Shown piece by piece: positions 27,990 to 38,296 of a stretch of 64,000 nucleotides of DNA. The stretch lies in contig JBBCJC010000005.1 in assembly GCA_037189525.1 (NCBI GenBank), positions 736,001 through 800,000 on the forward strand, given 5' to 3'. Every line of letters begins with the position of its first letter. The first letter of the stretch is position 1. The stretch is from Gemmatimonadales bacterium. Its GTDB lineage: Bacteria > Gemmatimonadota > Gemmatimonadetes > Gemmatimonadales > GWC2-71-9. The position numbers were made by a program, and so were the translations under genes. A model generated the notes under the pieces. It was not told the DNA's origin, made no database searches, and worked only from the letters and a program-made list of their open reading frames with translations.

Positions 27990-29369
27990 TCAGCGCCGTG
28001 GTGTCAGCGGACGCGGCTGATGCCGAGGATAGACTACCTGGCCCGCCTGGACCTGCAGACGCCCGTCGCGAATCACGAGGTCGACGTTGCCCAGATCTTC
28101 GATCCGCTCGTCGGGACGGCCGGCCACGACCAGGACATCCGCCAGCTTTCCCGTCTCGAGGGTACCCAGCAAACTCCCCATGTCGAGCAACTCGGCATTG
28201 ATGCGCGTGGCGATCTCGAGCACCTGCGGCACCGTGTAGCCGATCGAGACCAGCTGACGCATTTCCTCGTGATAGGGCCAGGGCAGGTAGAGGTACCAGT
28301 CGGTCACCAGATCCGTCCCGATGCCGATCTTGACCCCGGCATCCTTCATCGCGCGCACGACCGCCAGATTGGCGTCCTGCGAGAAGGTGAATCGCCGGCT
28401 GGTCGACCCGTAGTACCCGCCCTGCAACGCGAAGATGATCGTGTACGGCACCAGGGTCGGATTGGACGCCACGCCCTTCTCCGCCATGAGGCGGATCGTC
28501 TCCGCCGATCGCGGGAGCGGGTGCTCGATCATGTCCACACCGGCCCGCACCGCGCGTTCGATGTAGAACGTCTCCGCATCGACGGTGACCATGAGCCCCA
28601 GGTCGTGCGCTTCCTCGACGGCCGCCTTGATCTCCGCTTCGGAGTAGTGGCTCGACACTTTGATCAGATCGGCGCCCTTCCGAAACTGCTCGCGCACGGC
28701 CTCGCGCCAGTCGTCGGGTCCCGAGGCCTCGCGAATGCTGGCCAGCGGTCGCGCCCCCTCGATATCGACCTCGGCGCCATGGCCGCCTTTTCCGGTGATC
28801 AGACTTCCGGCTGCCAGCACCCGAGGCCCCACCACCCGTCCTTCGGCAACCCACTGCTTGAGCAGGAAGGGCGTATCGCCGTTCGACGCGACATCCCGCA
28901 CCGTGGTGATGCCGCTCTCGACGTAGTACCGAAGCCGCTCGACTCCGCGAAGCGCGCCATCGGCCACACTCCACGCACGCGCGTCGGAGTTGCCCGGCAA
29001 GCGGTAGTCGAGATGGGTATGCAGGTCGATCAGACCGGGCAGCACCGTCTTGCCCGTGACGTCGAGCACCTTGGCATCCCGCGGCCAGGCCGTCGACTCG
29101 GGCGCCAGGACGCCGACGATCCGATTACCCGTGATGACGACCGTGCCGGGACGCGCGGCCCGTCCCGTGCCGTCCCAGACCCGCCCTCCACGCAATACGA
29201 TCGAACCTTTGGGAACGTTGACCCCGGCCGGCATCGGGATACGACGGGGATCATGGGTGACGGAGGTACTGGAGTCGATCCAGCGCTGACGTTCGGTTCT
29301 CGGCACCTGGGCCGACAGCGGCAGGATGTGACACAGGCCAAGACCGGCAAGCAGAAGAGCATGGCGCAT
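27990..29369 (-). CDS. Secreted amidohydrolase (Xaa-Pro dipeptidase / imidazolonepropionase-like)
   Basis: LPGLIDLHTH, GITTVRD, GADLIK, IEH, GTD, GTLETGKLAD. Confidence 0.88.
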   Translation of the reverse strand: MRHALLLAGLGLCHILPLSAQVPRTERQRWIDSSTSVTHDPRRIPMPAGVNVPKGSIVLRGGRVWDGTGRAARPGTVVITGNRIVGVLAPESTAWPRDAKVLDVTGKTVLPGLIDLHTHLDYRLPGNSDARAWSVADGALRGVERLRYYVESGITTVRDVASNGDTPFLLKQWVAEGRVVGPRVLAAGSLITGKGGHGAEVDIEGARPLASIREASGPDDWREAVREQFRKGADLIKVSSHYSEAEIKAAVEEAHDLGLMVTVDAETFYIERAVRAGVDMIEHPLPRSAETIRLMAEKGVASNPTLVPYTIIFALQGGYYGSTSRRFTFSQDANLAVVRAMKDAGVKIGIGTDLVTDWYLYLPWPYHEEMRQLVSIGYTVPQVLEIATRINAELLDMGSLLGTLETGKLADVLVVAGRPDERIEDLGNVDLVIRDGRLQVQAGQVVYPRHQPRPLTPRR

Positions 29370-29525
29370 TGGGAGATGCCCCGAGGGAACCGTGAGACTC
29401 GATGGAGGGAACCCTGAAAATCTAGCCGAGCCGGGCGACCGATCGGAAGGTTATGACACGTCGGAGAATGGTGCGGAGGCGTGGGCCGGACATCGACTAC
29501 CGATGCCCGACCCGGGTGTGGCTGG

Positions 29526-30767
29526 TCAGTTCGGCGCGTGCGCGTGCCCGACTCCGTAGTCGCGGCTCGACCCGATACTCGGCCCGGAGAGGTCGAGACC
29601 AGTGTTGTTGATCCGCGCGATATACTGGCGGATGGCTCCGGGAAACGGCTCGGTCTTGGCGCCGCGCCCGAACGGGTCCGTGTACCAGCTGGTCGGCCCG
29701 TCGGCGTTGTTGATGTCGAGCGAGTTGAGGTCGACGAAGCGACGTACCCCATTGAACGGCGACCGGGGGTCGTCAAACGTGATCCCGGTAACCGCGCCGT
29801 TCTGCGTCGCGGATGCGCAGGGAGCGCCACGCGCCCGGCGGCCATCGCTCAACGTCAGGTAGCACAGATCGATGGGACGGCCGGTAAAATTCGGCGCGTC
29901 GGGATCATAGAATCGGCTCGGCGAGGTGACCTGGAAGTACGGGTCCATGTGCGCGAGCGTCTTTCCTTCCGGCGTCTTGATGGTCAGTGACTGCTCCCAG
30001 CTTTCATGCATGGCATCCTTGAGACGAGACTGGGCGCCATCGCCGACCAGGAGATGCCGCTCCGCGCAGGTCCGATCCGGCAGAATCCGCTGTCCGCCTC
30101 CGCTCGGCGAGTTGGCGGGCGTTGCCGTGCCGACCTGGATCCGGGCGCGATCGCAGTTGCGGATGAACTCGCCTGGCCGCCCGATCGCCGCCATCATGGT
30201 GACGCGAAGTTCGGTCCCGTCGTTGCATTTGGCGTAGTAGATCACCTCATGCAGGTTGTTGGTGAACGCGTCGCGCGAATGGGTTCCCTGGTGCAGTTTG
30301 TAGAGGATGTCGCAGCGCACGGAAATGACACTGCCGCTCGCGTTGGCCACCCGCATCTGCACGTCATTCTCCCATTCGACCTTGTGGCCGACATGGTCTT
30401 CATGCCGTTTACCGCTCGGATCCCAGATGTCCAATTGCTCATTGGCATAGCCGAACGCCAGCGGACCATTCGCTTGCGCGAGGCGAGAGCCCGCCGGGTC
30501 CCGCCCATGCTCGTGGCCGAAGCTGCAGCCCGTGGCCGGATCGACCGGCGGATGCCAGGTGGGATACGATTTCCCATCCGGACCAACCGTCGAGTACTGC
30601 TGATGGACCGAGACTGGACAGGTATCCGTCGGCCCGGGACGCCACGCACCGAATGCCACACTCGGCGGCGCCGACGCCGGATCGAGACCGGCAAGCGAAT
30701 CACCACCACAGCCGGCAACGGCAACGAGGCCGGCAACCGCCACGATCTGCCCGAACCGATTCGTCAT
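29526..30767 (-). CDS. Hypothetical His/Cys-rich lipoprotein
   Basis: Lipobox VAVAG|C; motifs WHPP, GHEHG, HEDHVGHK, HQGTH, NNLHE; 8 further Cys. Confidence 0.75.
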   Translation of the reverse strand: MTNRFGQIVAVAGLVAVAGCGGDSLAGLDPASAPPSVAFGAWRPGPTDTCPVSVHQQYSTVGPDGKSYPTWHPPVDPATGCSFGHEHGRDPAGSRLAQANGPLAFGYANEQLDIWDPSGKRHEDHVGHKVEWENDVQMRVANASGSVISVRCDILYKLHQGTHSRDAFTNNLHEVIYYAKCNDGTELRVTMMAAIGRPGEFIRNCDRARIQVGTATPANSPSGGGQRILPDRTCAERHLLVGDGAQSRLKDAMHESWEQSLTIKTPEGKTLAHMDPYFQVTSPSRFYDPDAPNFTGRPIDLCYLTLSDGRRARGAPCASATQNGAVTGITFDDPRSPFNGVRRFVDLNSLDINNADGPTSWYTDPFGRGAKTEPFPGAIRQYIARINNTGLDLSGPSIGSSRDYGVGHAHAPN

Positions 30768-30784
30768 ATCCGCTACTTTCGCAA

Positions 30785-31429
30785 TCAATGCCAGGTCAGG
30801 CCGATGCCGGCCTGCGCCAGAAGGACGTTGGCCCCGTTGGCCAGCTTGTTTCGCTGATACTGTGTCCCGTTGTCACGCGTGGTGGAGAGCGTGCCCTGAG
30901 ACGATGCCATCAGATTGAGGAACGGCACGATGGACATGGTCGGATTGACCCGCACTTCGTACCCGCCGCCCAGGTGCGCCGACAGACCACCGCCCAAAAG
31001 ACCGATCTGCACGGTTGAGGAACTGTTCTCGAGAGCCCAGCGCCGATAGCGCGTGAATCCCAGTCCCGCTTTGAGGAAGTAGCCGTGCTCAGGACTGGGG
31101 TACCAATAGCCGTTGGCGGCAAGCGACCAGACGCGCTGGCTGCCGCTTTCGTCGCTCCGGGTCCATGCATTCGCTTCCGCACCGACCAGCAGCTTCGGAT
31201 TCAGGGTGATACCACCACGAACGTATCCCGAGATGCCGCGGCTTCCCTGCTCGCCCTCGCAGATCCGGCAATGGAGGGTTGAGGCGCCCCCTCCAACCCC
31301 GACGCCAAGCCAGGTGCCCTGCCGTGACGACGCCGGCCCCGCCCCTGACGACCCCCCAACCTGCGCAACGAGCGTCGACGTCACGAGCCCGAGCCAGGCC
31401 GTTACGAGTACGACTCTTCCGAGTAGCAT
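30785..31429 (-). CDS. Putative small outer-membrane beta-barrel protein
   Basis: Signal peptide, Gly/aromatic alternating strands, C-terminal AGIGLTWH; loop CRIC. Confidence 0.7.
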   Translation of the reverse strand: MLLGRVVLVTAWLGLVTSTLVAQVGGSSGAGPASSRQGTWLGVGVGGGASTLHCRICEGEQGSRGISGYVRGGITLNPKLLVGAEANAWTRSDESGSQRVWSLAANGYWYPSPEHGYFLKAGLGFTRYRRWALENSSSTVQIGLLGGGLSAHLGGGYEVRVNPTMSIVPFLNLMASSQGTLSTTRDNGTQYQRNKLANGANVLLAQAGIGLTWH

Positions 31430-31692
31430 ACCGTCTCCCCGATCAGTGAAGGCGGCTTCCCCCCGCCGGAGCCCGGCGCTCGCCGTGTCCCAATCACTGA
31501 TGCAGGCAGCTAACATGCCGCCTCAGATCATCGTCGTTCGCACGAGAATGACCGACTCTCGTTCCCTCGAGGTGCAACGGCTGGCATGAGAAGCCCGATT
31601 CAGCGGCGGGGAAACACCGATCCGGTAGGAGGAATGAAAGAGTTGGCATTGCGCTTCGCGGCAACCGGTCCGAGCACCATACGCCGAAACGA

Positions 31693-31725
31693 AACGGCCT
31701 CCCCGGAGAGTCCGGAGAGGCCGTT
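31693..31725 (-). terminator. Intrinsic terminator after MFS gene
   Basis: AACGGCCTC..GAGGCCGTT stem with TCGTTT tail on minus strand. Confidence 0.7.
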
Positions 31726-31747
31726 CAGCTGCGAATCCGAGGGTCGA

Positions 31748-32983
31748 TCAGACGTCTTCGATGAAATCGAGATCCTTACCGAAGGTTTCCTGCAGCCCGG
31801 CCAACGCCACGAAAGCCATGATCAGCACGACAACGCCCACCGCAATGCCGCCTCCGACGACCCCGAGCCCCGCGCCGTCGCGGAAGAGCATGAAGGTCCA
31901 GGTCATCGGCACCACGGCGCCGCGAACGAAGTTGGGCGCGCTGGTCGTGGCGGTCGCCCGAAGGTTGGTGCCGAACTGCTCGGCCGCCATGGTGATGAAG
32001 ACGGCCCAGTACCCCGCGGCAAATCCCATCGCTGCGCAGAGGGCGTAGAACTGGCCTAACGTCGTCCCCACCTTGAGGAAGTACGCCGCACAGGCAATCA
32101 CGGAAAAGCCGAGGAAGAGGACGATCGCCTTCTTGCGGCTCCGCAGGTACTGACTGAGGAGTCCGCTCGCCAGGTCGCCCACCACCAGACCGGAATAGGC
32201 CCAGAGCACGGCGCGCCCCGCACTGGGAGCGAAATCGAGCCCGAGCGCCCGGGCAAACTCGGGCGAGAAGGTCACCGGAATGGCGATGATGTACCAGATC
32301 GGAATGGCCACCACGATGACCGCCAGGTACCGGATCACGCGGGAGCGATCACGGAAGAGCGCAAAGAAGTTCCCGCGCGAGACCGCGGCGGCCGACTTGA
32401 CCGTCTGGAACATCCGACTCTCGCGGACGCTGATCCGGAGGACCAGCAGGGCCAGACCCATCACGCCACCCACGATATACGCGGTCCGCCAGTCGAAGGT
32501 CTCGGCCACCAGCTCCGCAGCAACCGCGCCGAGGATCCCGATCGAGGCAACCAGCGTGGTGCCGTAGCCGCGCTTTTCCTTCTGCATCAGCTCGGACACC
32601 AGCGTGATCCCGGCGCCGAGTTCGCCGGCCAGGCCGATCCCGGCGACGAACCGGAGCGCGCCGTACATTTCGACCGACTGGACGAACGCGTTGGCCACGT
32701 TGGCCACCGAATACATCAGGATCGAGCCAAACAGGACCGAGAGACGGCCTTTCCGGTCGCCCAGGACGCCCCAGATCACGCCGCCCAGGAGCATGCCGAA
32801 CATCTGGAGGTTGAGCAGCATGACGCCGACGTCCAGCAACTCGGCTTCGGGCACCCCGATCGAGGTCAGGCTGCGGACCCGTACGACGCTGAACAGGATC
32901 AGGTCGTAGATATCGACGAAGTATCCGAGTGCGGCGACCAGGATGGCGAGGTTGACGGCACGCTTATCTAAATGATCGGACAT
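31748..32983 (-). CDS. MFS transporter
   Basis: About 12 hydrophobic segments; GYFVDIYD, motif A GVLGDRKGR, AEQFGTNLRAT. Confidence 0.92.
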   Translation of the reverse strand: MSDHLDKRAVNLAILVAALGYFVDIYDLILFSVVRVRSLTSIGVPEAELLDVGVMLLNLQMFGMLLGGVIWGVLGDRKGRLSVLFGSILMYSVANVANAFVQSVEMYGALRFVAGIGLAGELGAGITLVSELMQKEKRGYGTTLVASIGILGAVAAELVAETFDWRTAYIVGGVMGLALLVLRISVRESRMFQTVKSAAAVSRGNFFALFRDRSRVIRYLAVIVVAIPIWYIIAIPVTFSPEFARALGLDFAPSAGRAVLWAYSGLVVGDLASGLLSQYLRSRKKAIVLFLGFSVIACAAYFLKVGTTLGQFYALCAAMGFAAGYWAVFITMAAEQFGTNLRATATTSAPNFVRGAVVPMTWTFMLFRDGAGLGVVGGGIAVGVVVLIMAFVALAGLQETFGKDLDFIEDV

Positions 32984-33182
32984 GTGGGCCAACGTTGGAG
33001 ATGGTTGGAACACGGGTCGCCGAACAGACGCCCGAACGAGTCTTCACACGCATCCACCAGGGGTCACGAAACCTGGCCACCTGACGGAACCGACGAACGC
33101 GTCTAGCTTGATTTGGGGATTGAACGCCAAAGCCGAACCCAAGGCTATACTCTCGACCGGCATCCGTAAAGGCAGACGCCCG

Positions 33183-33926
33183 ATGACGACCGCCCGCTCC
33201 TATCAGACCGACCGCGTCAACCTCGCCGCCGCCTTCCGCTCCGCAGAGCGTTTGGGGCTGCACGAAGGGATCGACAACCACTTCAGTTACGCGGTGGAAC
33301 CGGACGGCCATCGGTTCCTGGTCAATCCGATCGGGCTGCATTGGCGTGAATTGCGCGCGAGCGATCTGGTGCTGGCCACATCCGACCGGACCATCCTCGA
33401 AGGCGACCTCCCGGTCGAGGATACCGCATTCTTCATTCACTCCCGCCTCCACCTCAAGCACCCGCGGGCCCGCGCCGTGCTCCACACCCACATGCCGTAC
33501 GCCACCGCGCTGACGCTGCTGGAGGAGGGCCGGGTGGAACTGGTATCCCAGAATGCGCTGCAGTTTGCCGGCCGGATTGCCTACCTCGACGACTACGAGG
33601 GTTTCGCCCTCGATCACTCCGAGGGTGACCGCATGGCGGAAGCGATGGGCGACAAGAGCGTGCTCTTCCTGGGCCATCATGGCGTGATCGTCACCGGCCC
33701 GAGTGTTCACGCCGCCTGGAACGATCTCTACTTCCTGGAGCGCGCCTGCATGGTTCAGGTCCTGGCCATGTCGACCGGACGGCCGCTCCGCCCGATTCCC
33801 CAACGGGTGATCGACGGCCTGGTCGAAGCGATGAACTCCAACACCGATGCCCTCGATCAGCCGCGCAAGCACTTCGAGGCGCTCAAGCGGTTGCTCGACC
33901 GGGAAGCTCCCGACTATCGCTCCTGA
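33183..33926 (+). CDS. Class II aldolase/adducin-family protein
   Basis: EGIDNHFS, FFIHSRLH, VLHTH, GHHG zinc-binding His; TATACT -10-like box upstream. Confidence 0.9.
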   Translation: MTTARSYQTDRVNLAAAFRSAERLGLHEGIDNHFSYAVEPDGHRFLVNPIGLHWRELRASDLVLATSDRTILEGDLPVEDTAFFIHSRLHLKHPRARAVLHTHMPYATALTLLEEGRVELVSQNALQFAGRIAYLDDYEGFALDHSEGDRMAEAMGDKSVLFLGHHGVIVTGPSVHAAWNDLYFLERACMVQVLAMSTGRPLRPIPQRVIDGLVEAMNSNTDALDQPRKHFEALKRLLDREAPDYRS

Positions 33927-33929
33927 GCG

Positions 33930-35390
33930 TCAGAACCGGCCAACCAGACCGCGCGTCGCGGCAATCAGCTTGGCCGAGTCATAGGCAATCCCGTCGCGAA
34001 AGACGAAGACGGGATTGCCCATGTCGCCGATCCGATCCGCAGGATTGCCGCGAACCACGACCGCATCCGCCTGTTTACCGACTTCCAGCGTGCCGACCTG
34101 ACCGTCGATGCCCAGGATCCGGGCGCCATTTCGCGTCCCGATCGTCAGCGCCTCGATCGGGCTGAACCCCGCCTCCACCAATAACTCGAGCTGCCGCACG
34201 TTACCGTATCCGGCAATCGTCCCCCCATATCCCGTCGGATCGCTGCCCGCGCCGAGCGTCCCGCCTGCCCGGACAAAGGCGCGCTCCCACGCCAGCGCGG
34301 TCCGAAAGGCATCCGCGAAACGCGAGGCAGTATCGCGGGCAAACCGTTGTTGAATGAAGAGGTAGTCGTCGCGCAGTTCGGGACTGAGCGCCTCCAGCGC
34401 CCCGCTGGGCACCATTCGTCCCGGCACCATGGTTTCCCAGATGGGCAACGTCGACGTCATCGGAATCTCGCGGTCCACCAGGTTCCGAATCCCGGCCTGC
34501 ACCGCCGGCTTGGCGAGATCGAGCGTGGCAGCCGTCTCGTAGACCCGGTTTTCGCCGGGGCACAGATCGAGCTTCTTCTCCGGCACGAACTCCGTATTGG
34601 TCAGCAACCCGTGTTCGAGGCCGTCGATCCCGAGCGCCGCCGCTTCCGAATGGGTCACCGAGCAAAGGTGCGCAGTGACCCGATGGCCGAGCCGATGCGC
34701 TTCATCGATGATGGCGCCGAGATCTTCACGGGTCACGAAGGTGTACGCCTTGAACCAGGTAAACCCTTCGGCCGCCCAATAGCGCACCGCTCGGCGCGCA
34801 GCTTCGGGACTGTCGATGTGATTGAAGTGCGGAATCGGATATCCGGGGCGATCGAAGAACGGGCTGGTGAGATGGATCGACGGTCCGGCCTCCTGGCCCC
34901 GATCGATCGCGTGCTTGGCGTTGAGGTCGACATACGGCGCCGTGGTCCCCGCAGTGCGCAAGGTGGTGACCCCGAATGCCAGATACAGCTTGGGGAAGCT
35001 GAAGCTCTGCGACACATAGCTGAACAGCCCCGGCTGCCGTCGTCCGGTCGGATAGAACAGATGCTCGTGCAGCATGACCAGGCCCGGCACCACGGTATGA
35101 CCAGGCAGGTCGAGCACCGTGGCCTGCGGAGGAATCGCCACTCCGGTTCCGAGTGCCGTGATGCGGCCGTCGGTGAAGACGACGGTCTGCCGTTCGCGCG
35201 GCGCGGCGCCCGTGCCGTCGATCACCCGAACGTTGGTGAGCGCGATGACCGGGGCATCGTGCGCCACGTACTGACGGGCCAACCCCGCCATCGATGCCGC
35301 GCGCTGGGCCGTTCCGAGCGCGGGCCACCCGAGCACGGCAAGGACGGTAAACATCAAGCCGCGAGACCGCGGCGAGAGCGATCGCATCAT
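33930..35390 (-). CDS. Secreted amidohydrolase family protein
   Basis: PGLVMLHEH, GVTT, FKAY, TAHL, LEHG, GSD, GTLEVGKQAD. Confidence 0.88.
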   Translation of the reverse strand: MMRSLSPRSRGLMFTVLAVLGWPALGTAQRAASMAGLARQYVAHDAPVIALTNVRVIDGTGAAPRERQTVVFTDGRITALGTGVAIPPQATVLDLPGHTVVPGLVMLHEHLFYPTGRRQPGLFSYVSQSFSFPKLYLAFGVTTLRTAGTTAPYVDLNAKHAIDRGQEAGPSIHLTSPFFDRPGYPIPHFNHIDSPEAARRAVRYWAAEGFTWFKAYTFVTREDLGAIIDEAHRLGHRVTAHLCSVTHSEAAALGIDGLEHGLLTNTEFVPEKKLDLCPGENRVYETAATLDLAKPAVQAGIRNLVDREIPMTSTLPIWETMVPGRMVPSGALEALSPELRDDYLFIQQRFARDTASRFADAFRTALAWERAFVRAGGTLGAGSDPTGYGGTIAGYGNVRQLELLVEAGFSPIEALTIGTRNGARILGIDGQVGTLEVGKQADAVVVRGNPADRIGDMGNPVFVFRDGIAYDSAKLIAATRGLVGRF

Positions 35391-35618
35391 GGATTCCCGA
35401 CATGTGGAGGTGAAACAGCAGCTGCGACTACGATAGTCCCGCTCTCACCCGTTTTCCTGACATCCTGCCCCGACATGGGGCAGCGTTCGATGGTCGAGCC
35501 GTTCGAGCGGATAGTCAAGGAGGCCACGAGCGGCGGGCGACCTTTCGCACTAATTTGATTCCGACGAAATCGACCCGCCCGGCCGCTTCGGCCAGGGCAT
35601 TCCACGTGCGGAGAAAGC

Positions 35619-36854
35619 ATGCGTCATCCCGTTCGCCTGATCTCGTTTGGCATCCTCGCGACGCTCGGCTCGAGTGCCTCGTTCGCCGGCGCCGCCCTCG
35701 CGCAGACCGCGTCATGCACCCCGATCGAGACCCGGCCGACCACGGCGGCGGGACGTCCCGCGGCCCATCCGGGGCAGACCCGGACCTGCGCGGTCACCTC
35801 GCGCACGGCCTTCGACGTCGTGGTGGTGGCGGAGGGACTCGAACATCCCTGGGCGGTCGAGCCGTTGCCCGGCGGCGACCTGCTGGTCACCGAGAAGCCG
35901 GGCCGGATGCGCATCGTTTCGGCCAACGGACGCGTGGGCGACCCGATCGAGGGCGTTCTGCCGGTCGTGTATCGGGTCCAGGGCGGTCTGCTCGACGTCG
36001 CCTTGAGCCCGAGTTTCGAAAACGACCGAACCATCTACTGGAGCTTCACGGAGCCTCGCCCCGACAGCAGCAACACCGGCACCAGCGTCGCACGGGGCGT
36101 GCTCTCGCAGGATCGGCGGCGGCTGGAGCAGGTGAGCGTCATCTTCCGCTCGGAGCCGGGCCACCGGCTCCCGGGTCATTTCGGCTCCCGACTCGTCTTC
36201 GGGCCCGATGGGATGCTGTACGTCACCCTGGGCGAGCGATTCAGCCCCGAAAGCCGCGCACGAGCGCAGCAGGTGGACAATCACTTCGGCAAGATCGTGC
36301 GCATCCGGCCCGACGGCGGGATCCCCGACGACAATCCCTTCGTGAGCCAGGGCGGCGCCGCGCGCGAGGTCTGGAGTTACGGCCACCGCAACGTCCAGGC
36401 GGCGGCGTTCGACGCCGAAGGACGCCTCTGGGAGATCGAACACGGGCCGGCCGGCGGCGACGAGCTCAATCTGGTGCAGAAGGGCAAGAACTACGGCTGG
36501 CCGCATGCCACGTACGGCCAGGACTACTCGGGGAAGCCGTACCCCAATACGACCACGACCCGCGACGGCACCGAGCAACCCGTCTACTACTGGGATCCGG
36601 TCATCGCGCCGTCAGGTGCGCAGTTCTACAGCGGTAGCGCGTTCCCCGAATGGCGCGGCAACCTCTTCATCGGCGGGCTGGCCTCGGCGCGGCTGGTGCG
36701 GGTGGTGCTCGATAACGGCCACGTGGTGGGCGAGGAGCATCTGCTGGTCGACCGGCGGCCCCGCGTCCGCGACGTGCGCCAGGGCCCCGACGGCGCGCTG
36801 TATCTGGTGACTGATCAGCAGAACGGCGAGTTGCTGAAGCTGGTACCCCGATAA
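35619..36854 (+). CDS. PQQ-dependent sugar dehydrogenase (YliI/Asd-like)
   Basis: GLEHPW, QGGLLDV, HFGSRL, SYGHRNVQ, EHGPAGGDELN, NYGWP, RVRDVRQGPDG. Confidence 0.92.
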   Translation: MRHPVRLISFGILATLGSSASFAGAALAQTASCTPIETRPTTAAGRPAAHPGQTRTCAVTSRTAFDVVVVAEGLEHPWAVEPLPGGDLLVTEKPGRMRIVSANGRVGDPIEGVLPVVYRVQGGLLDVALSPSFENDRTIYWSFTEPRPDSSNTGTSVARGVLSQDRRRLEQVSVIFRSEPGHRLPGHFGSRLVFGPDGMLYVTLGERFSPESRARAQQVDNHFGKIVRIRPDGGIPDDNPFVSQGGAAREVWSYGHRNVQAAAFDAEGRLWEIEHGPAGGDELNLVQKGKNYGWPHATYGQDYSGKPYPNTTTTRDGTEQPVYYWDPVIAPSGAQFYSGSAFPEWRGNLFIGGLASARLVRVVLDNGHVVGEEHLLVDRRPRVRDVRQGPDGALYLVTDQQNGELLKLVPR

Positions 36855-36866
36855 CCGTACGAAGGC

Positions 36867-37286
36867 TCAGTCGGTCAGATCGACGACGGCGCGCCCCCGG
36901 AGTTTCGGCGAGCCCTCGGCGTTCAGCAGGCGAAGATCGAGGCTGACCCGCCCGGGCACACCATCGACATCCACGGCGCTGACTCGCCCGCTCGCGGTCA
37001 GCGCTTCGCCGGGATAGGTGATCGACACGAACCGCACGGCAACCTCCCGAACCTGACTCTGCGGCGCCCACCCGGTCACGAGCCGCGCGACATACGCCAT
37101 GCCGAGCATCCCATGCATGAACACATCGGGATAGCCGGCCTCGCGGGCAAAATCCTGATCGATGTGAAGCGGGACGAAGTCGCCCGACCCGGCGGCGTAG
37201 AGCCCGATCGTCGTCCGGGAGAGCGGCGGGAGGCTCAACGGCGGCAAGGCCGTTCCCACCTCGACAGATCCGTTCGGCTCAGCCAT
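36867..37286 (-). CDS. MaoC-family (R)-hydratase/dehydratase, catalytic subunit
   Basis: YAAGSGDFVPLHID..HGML hydratase-2 motif. Confidence 0.88.
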   Translation of the reverse strand: MAEPNGSVEVGTALPPLSLPPLSRTTIGLYAAGSGDFVPLHIDQDFAREAGYPDVFMHGMLGMAYVARLVTGWAPQSQVREVAVRFVSITYPGEALTASGRVSAVDVDGVPGRVSLDLRLLNAEGSPKLRGRAVVDLTD

Positions 37287-37725
37287 GGCGCACCACCAGG
37301 GTGCTTTCCGACTCCGCCAGCAGTTCTCCCGTATTGGCTCGCCGGACTTCGAAACCGAACACCACGAAATCGAGGGTCCCGTTCTTTTTGCTATACATGT
37401 CGCGCACCCGGCGCTGGACCCGGACCCGGTCGCCGGCGCAGATCGGCTGATGGGGGACTACCCGTTCCTCCGCGTGGAGCATCCGCCCGACCGGTATGCC
37501 CAGATCGGCCAGATAGCCAAGTCCATTGGGATCGTCCATCAGGAGACAAAAGGGCAAGGTGAGGGGTGCCAGGATGGACCGGAACCCGGCAGCCCGGGCG
37601 GCCGCTTCGTCGACGTAGACCGGCCGGGTTTCACCGATCGCACGCGCCAGGACCCGCAGGCGCCCTTTCTCGATGTCAACTTCCCAGGCGGGCCAGGTCC
37701 GGCCAATGTGTCCGCGGTCGATCAT
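37279..37725 (-). CDS. MaoC dehydratase N-terminal-domain (HadA-like) partner
   Basis: IEKGRL..ARAIGE..Y.DEAAARAAG..APLT, LHAEE..PICAGD; overlaps partner gene. Confidence 0.85.
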   Translation of the reverse strand: MIDRGHIGRTWPAWEVDIEKGRLRVLARAIGETRPVYVDEAAARAAGFRSILAPLTLPFCLLMDDPNGLGYLADLGIPVGRMLHAEERVVPHQPICAGDRVRVQRRVRDMYSKKNGTLDFVVFGFEVRRANTGELLAESESTLVVRHG

Positions 37726-37942
37726 GCTATCTCCAATGATGGTCCCAACTCGGGTCCGACAGGCAGGAATCCGCCGATCCCGACCCGAACCAAGACTTTG
37801 ACAGTGGCGCGCCAATGCAACATGTCATAAACTTTGTGCAGAATCTGCAGCTGAGGCAGCAATGCGTGGGGCCGACAAACAAACCAGGGACCGTCCGTCG
37901 CTCGTCATCGCGCAGTCGATTTCGCCGGCGTTTCGGGCCGCG

Positions 37943-38278
37943 ATGACCGCCCATCTCAACCGATGGCAGTCGGACTACGGCACCCTGGTCGTGAAGGCCA
38001 TTCGGGCCCGGCCGCGCAGCCGAGAGGATCTTACCCGGAAACTCGACGACCTGCTCCGCCAGCGCGAACGGGTGGGCCAGTTGCTCGACACCTTGTCAGC
38101 CGCCTCGAATCACGTCGAGTGGGAGGCCACCCGCGCGGCCGTCGAGCAGGCGTTCGAAGAGCTCAAAGCCAACACCAAGAAGCTGCGCCGGCAGATCCGC
38201 GCCGCCTCGGTCCGCAAGCCCGGAACTCGGCGCGCCCAGCAGGACAAGCGGATCGAACGCCTGTTCCAGGAGGACTGA
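37943..38278 (+). CDS. Small coiled-coil protein, resembling Sll1863-type stress proteins
   Basis: Helical heptad pattern with W..L..KA and WEATRAAVEQAFEELK; start uncertain (37862 possible). Confidence 0.5.
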   Translation: MTAHLNRWQSDYGTLVVKAIRARPRSREDLTRKLDDLLRQRERVGQLLDTLSAASNHVEWEATRAAVEQAFEELKANTKKLRRQIRAASVRKPGTRRAQQDKRIERLFQED

Positions 38279-38296
38279 GCGCGCTGCTCGGGGGCG

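Noticed and set aside
31430..31690. Known riboswitch in the leader of the barrel gene
   Set aside because: No recognisable cobalamin, TPP, SAM or glycine consensus by eye; needs Infernal to exclude
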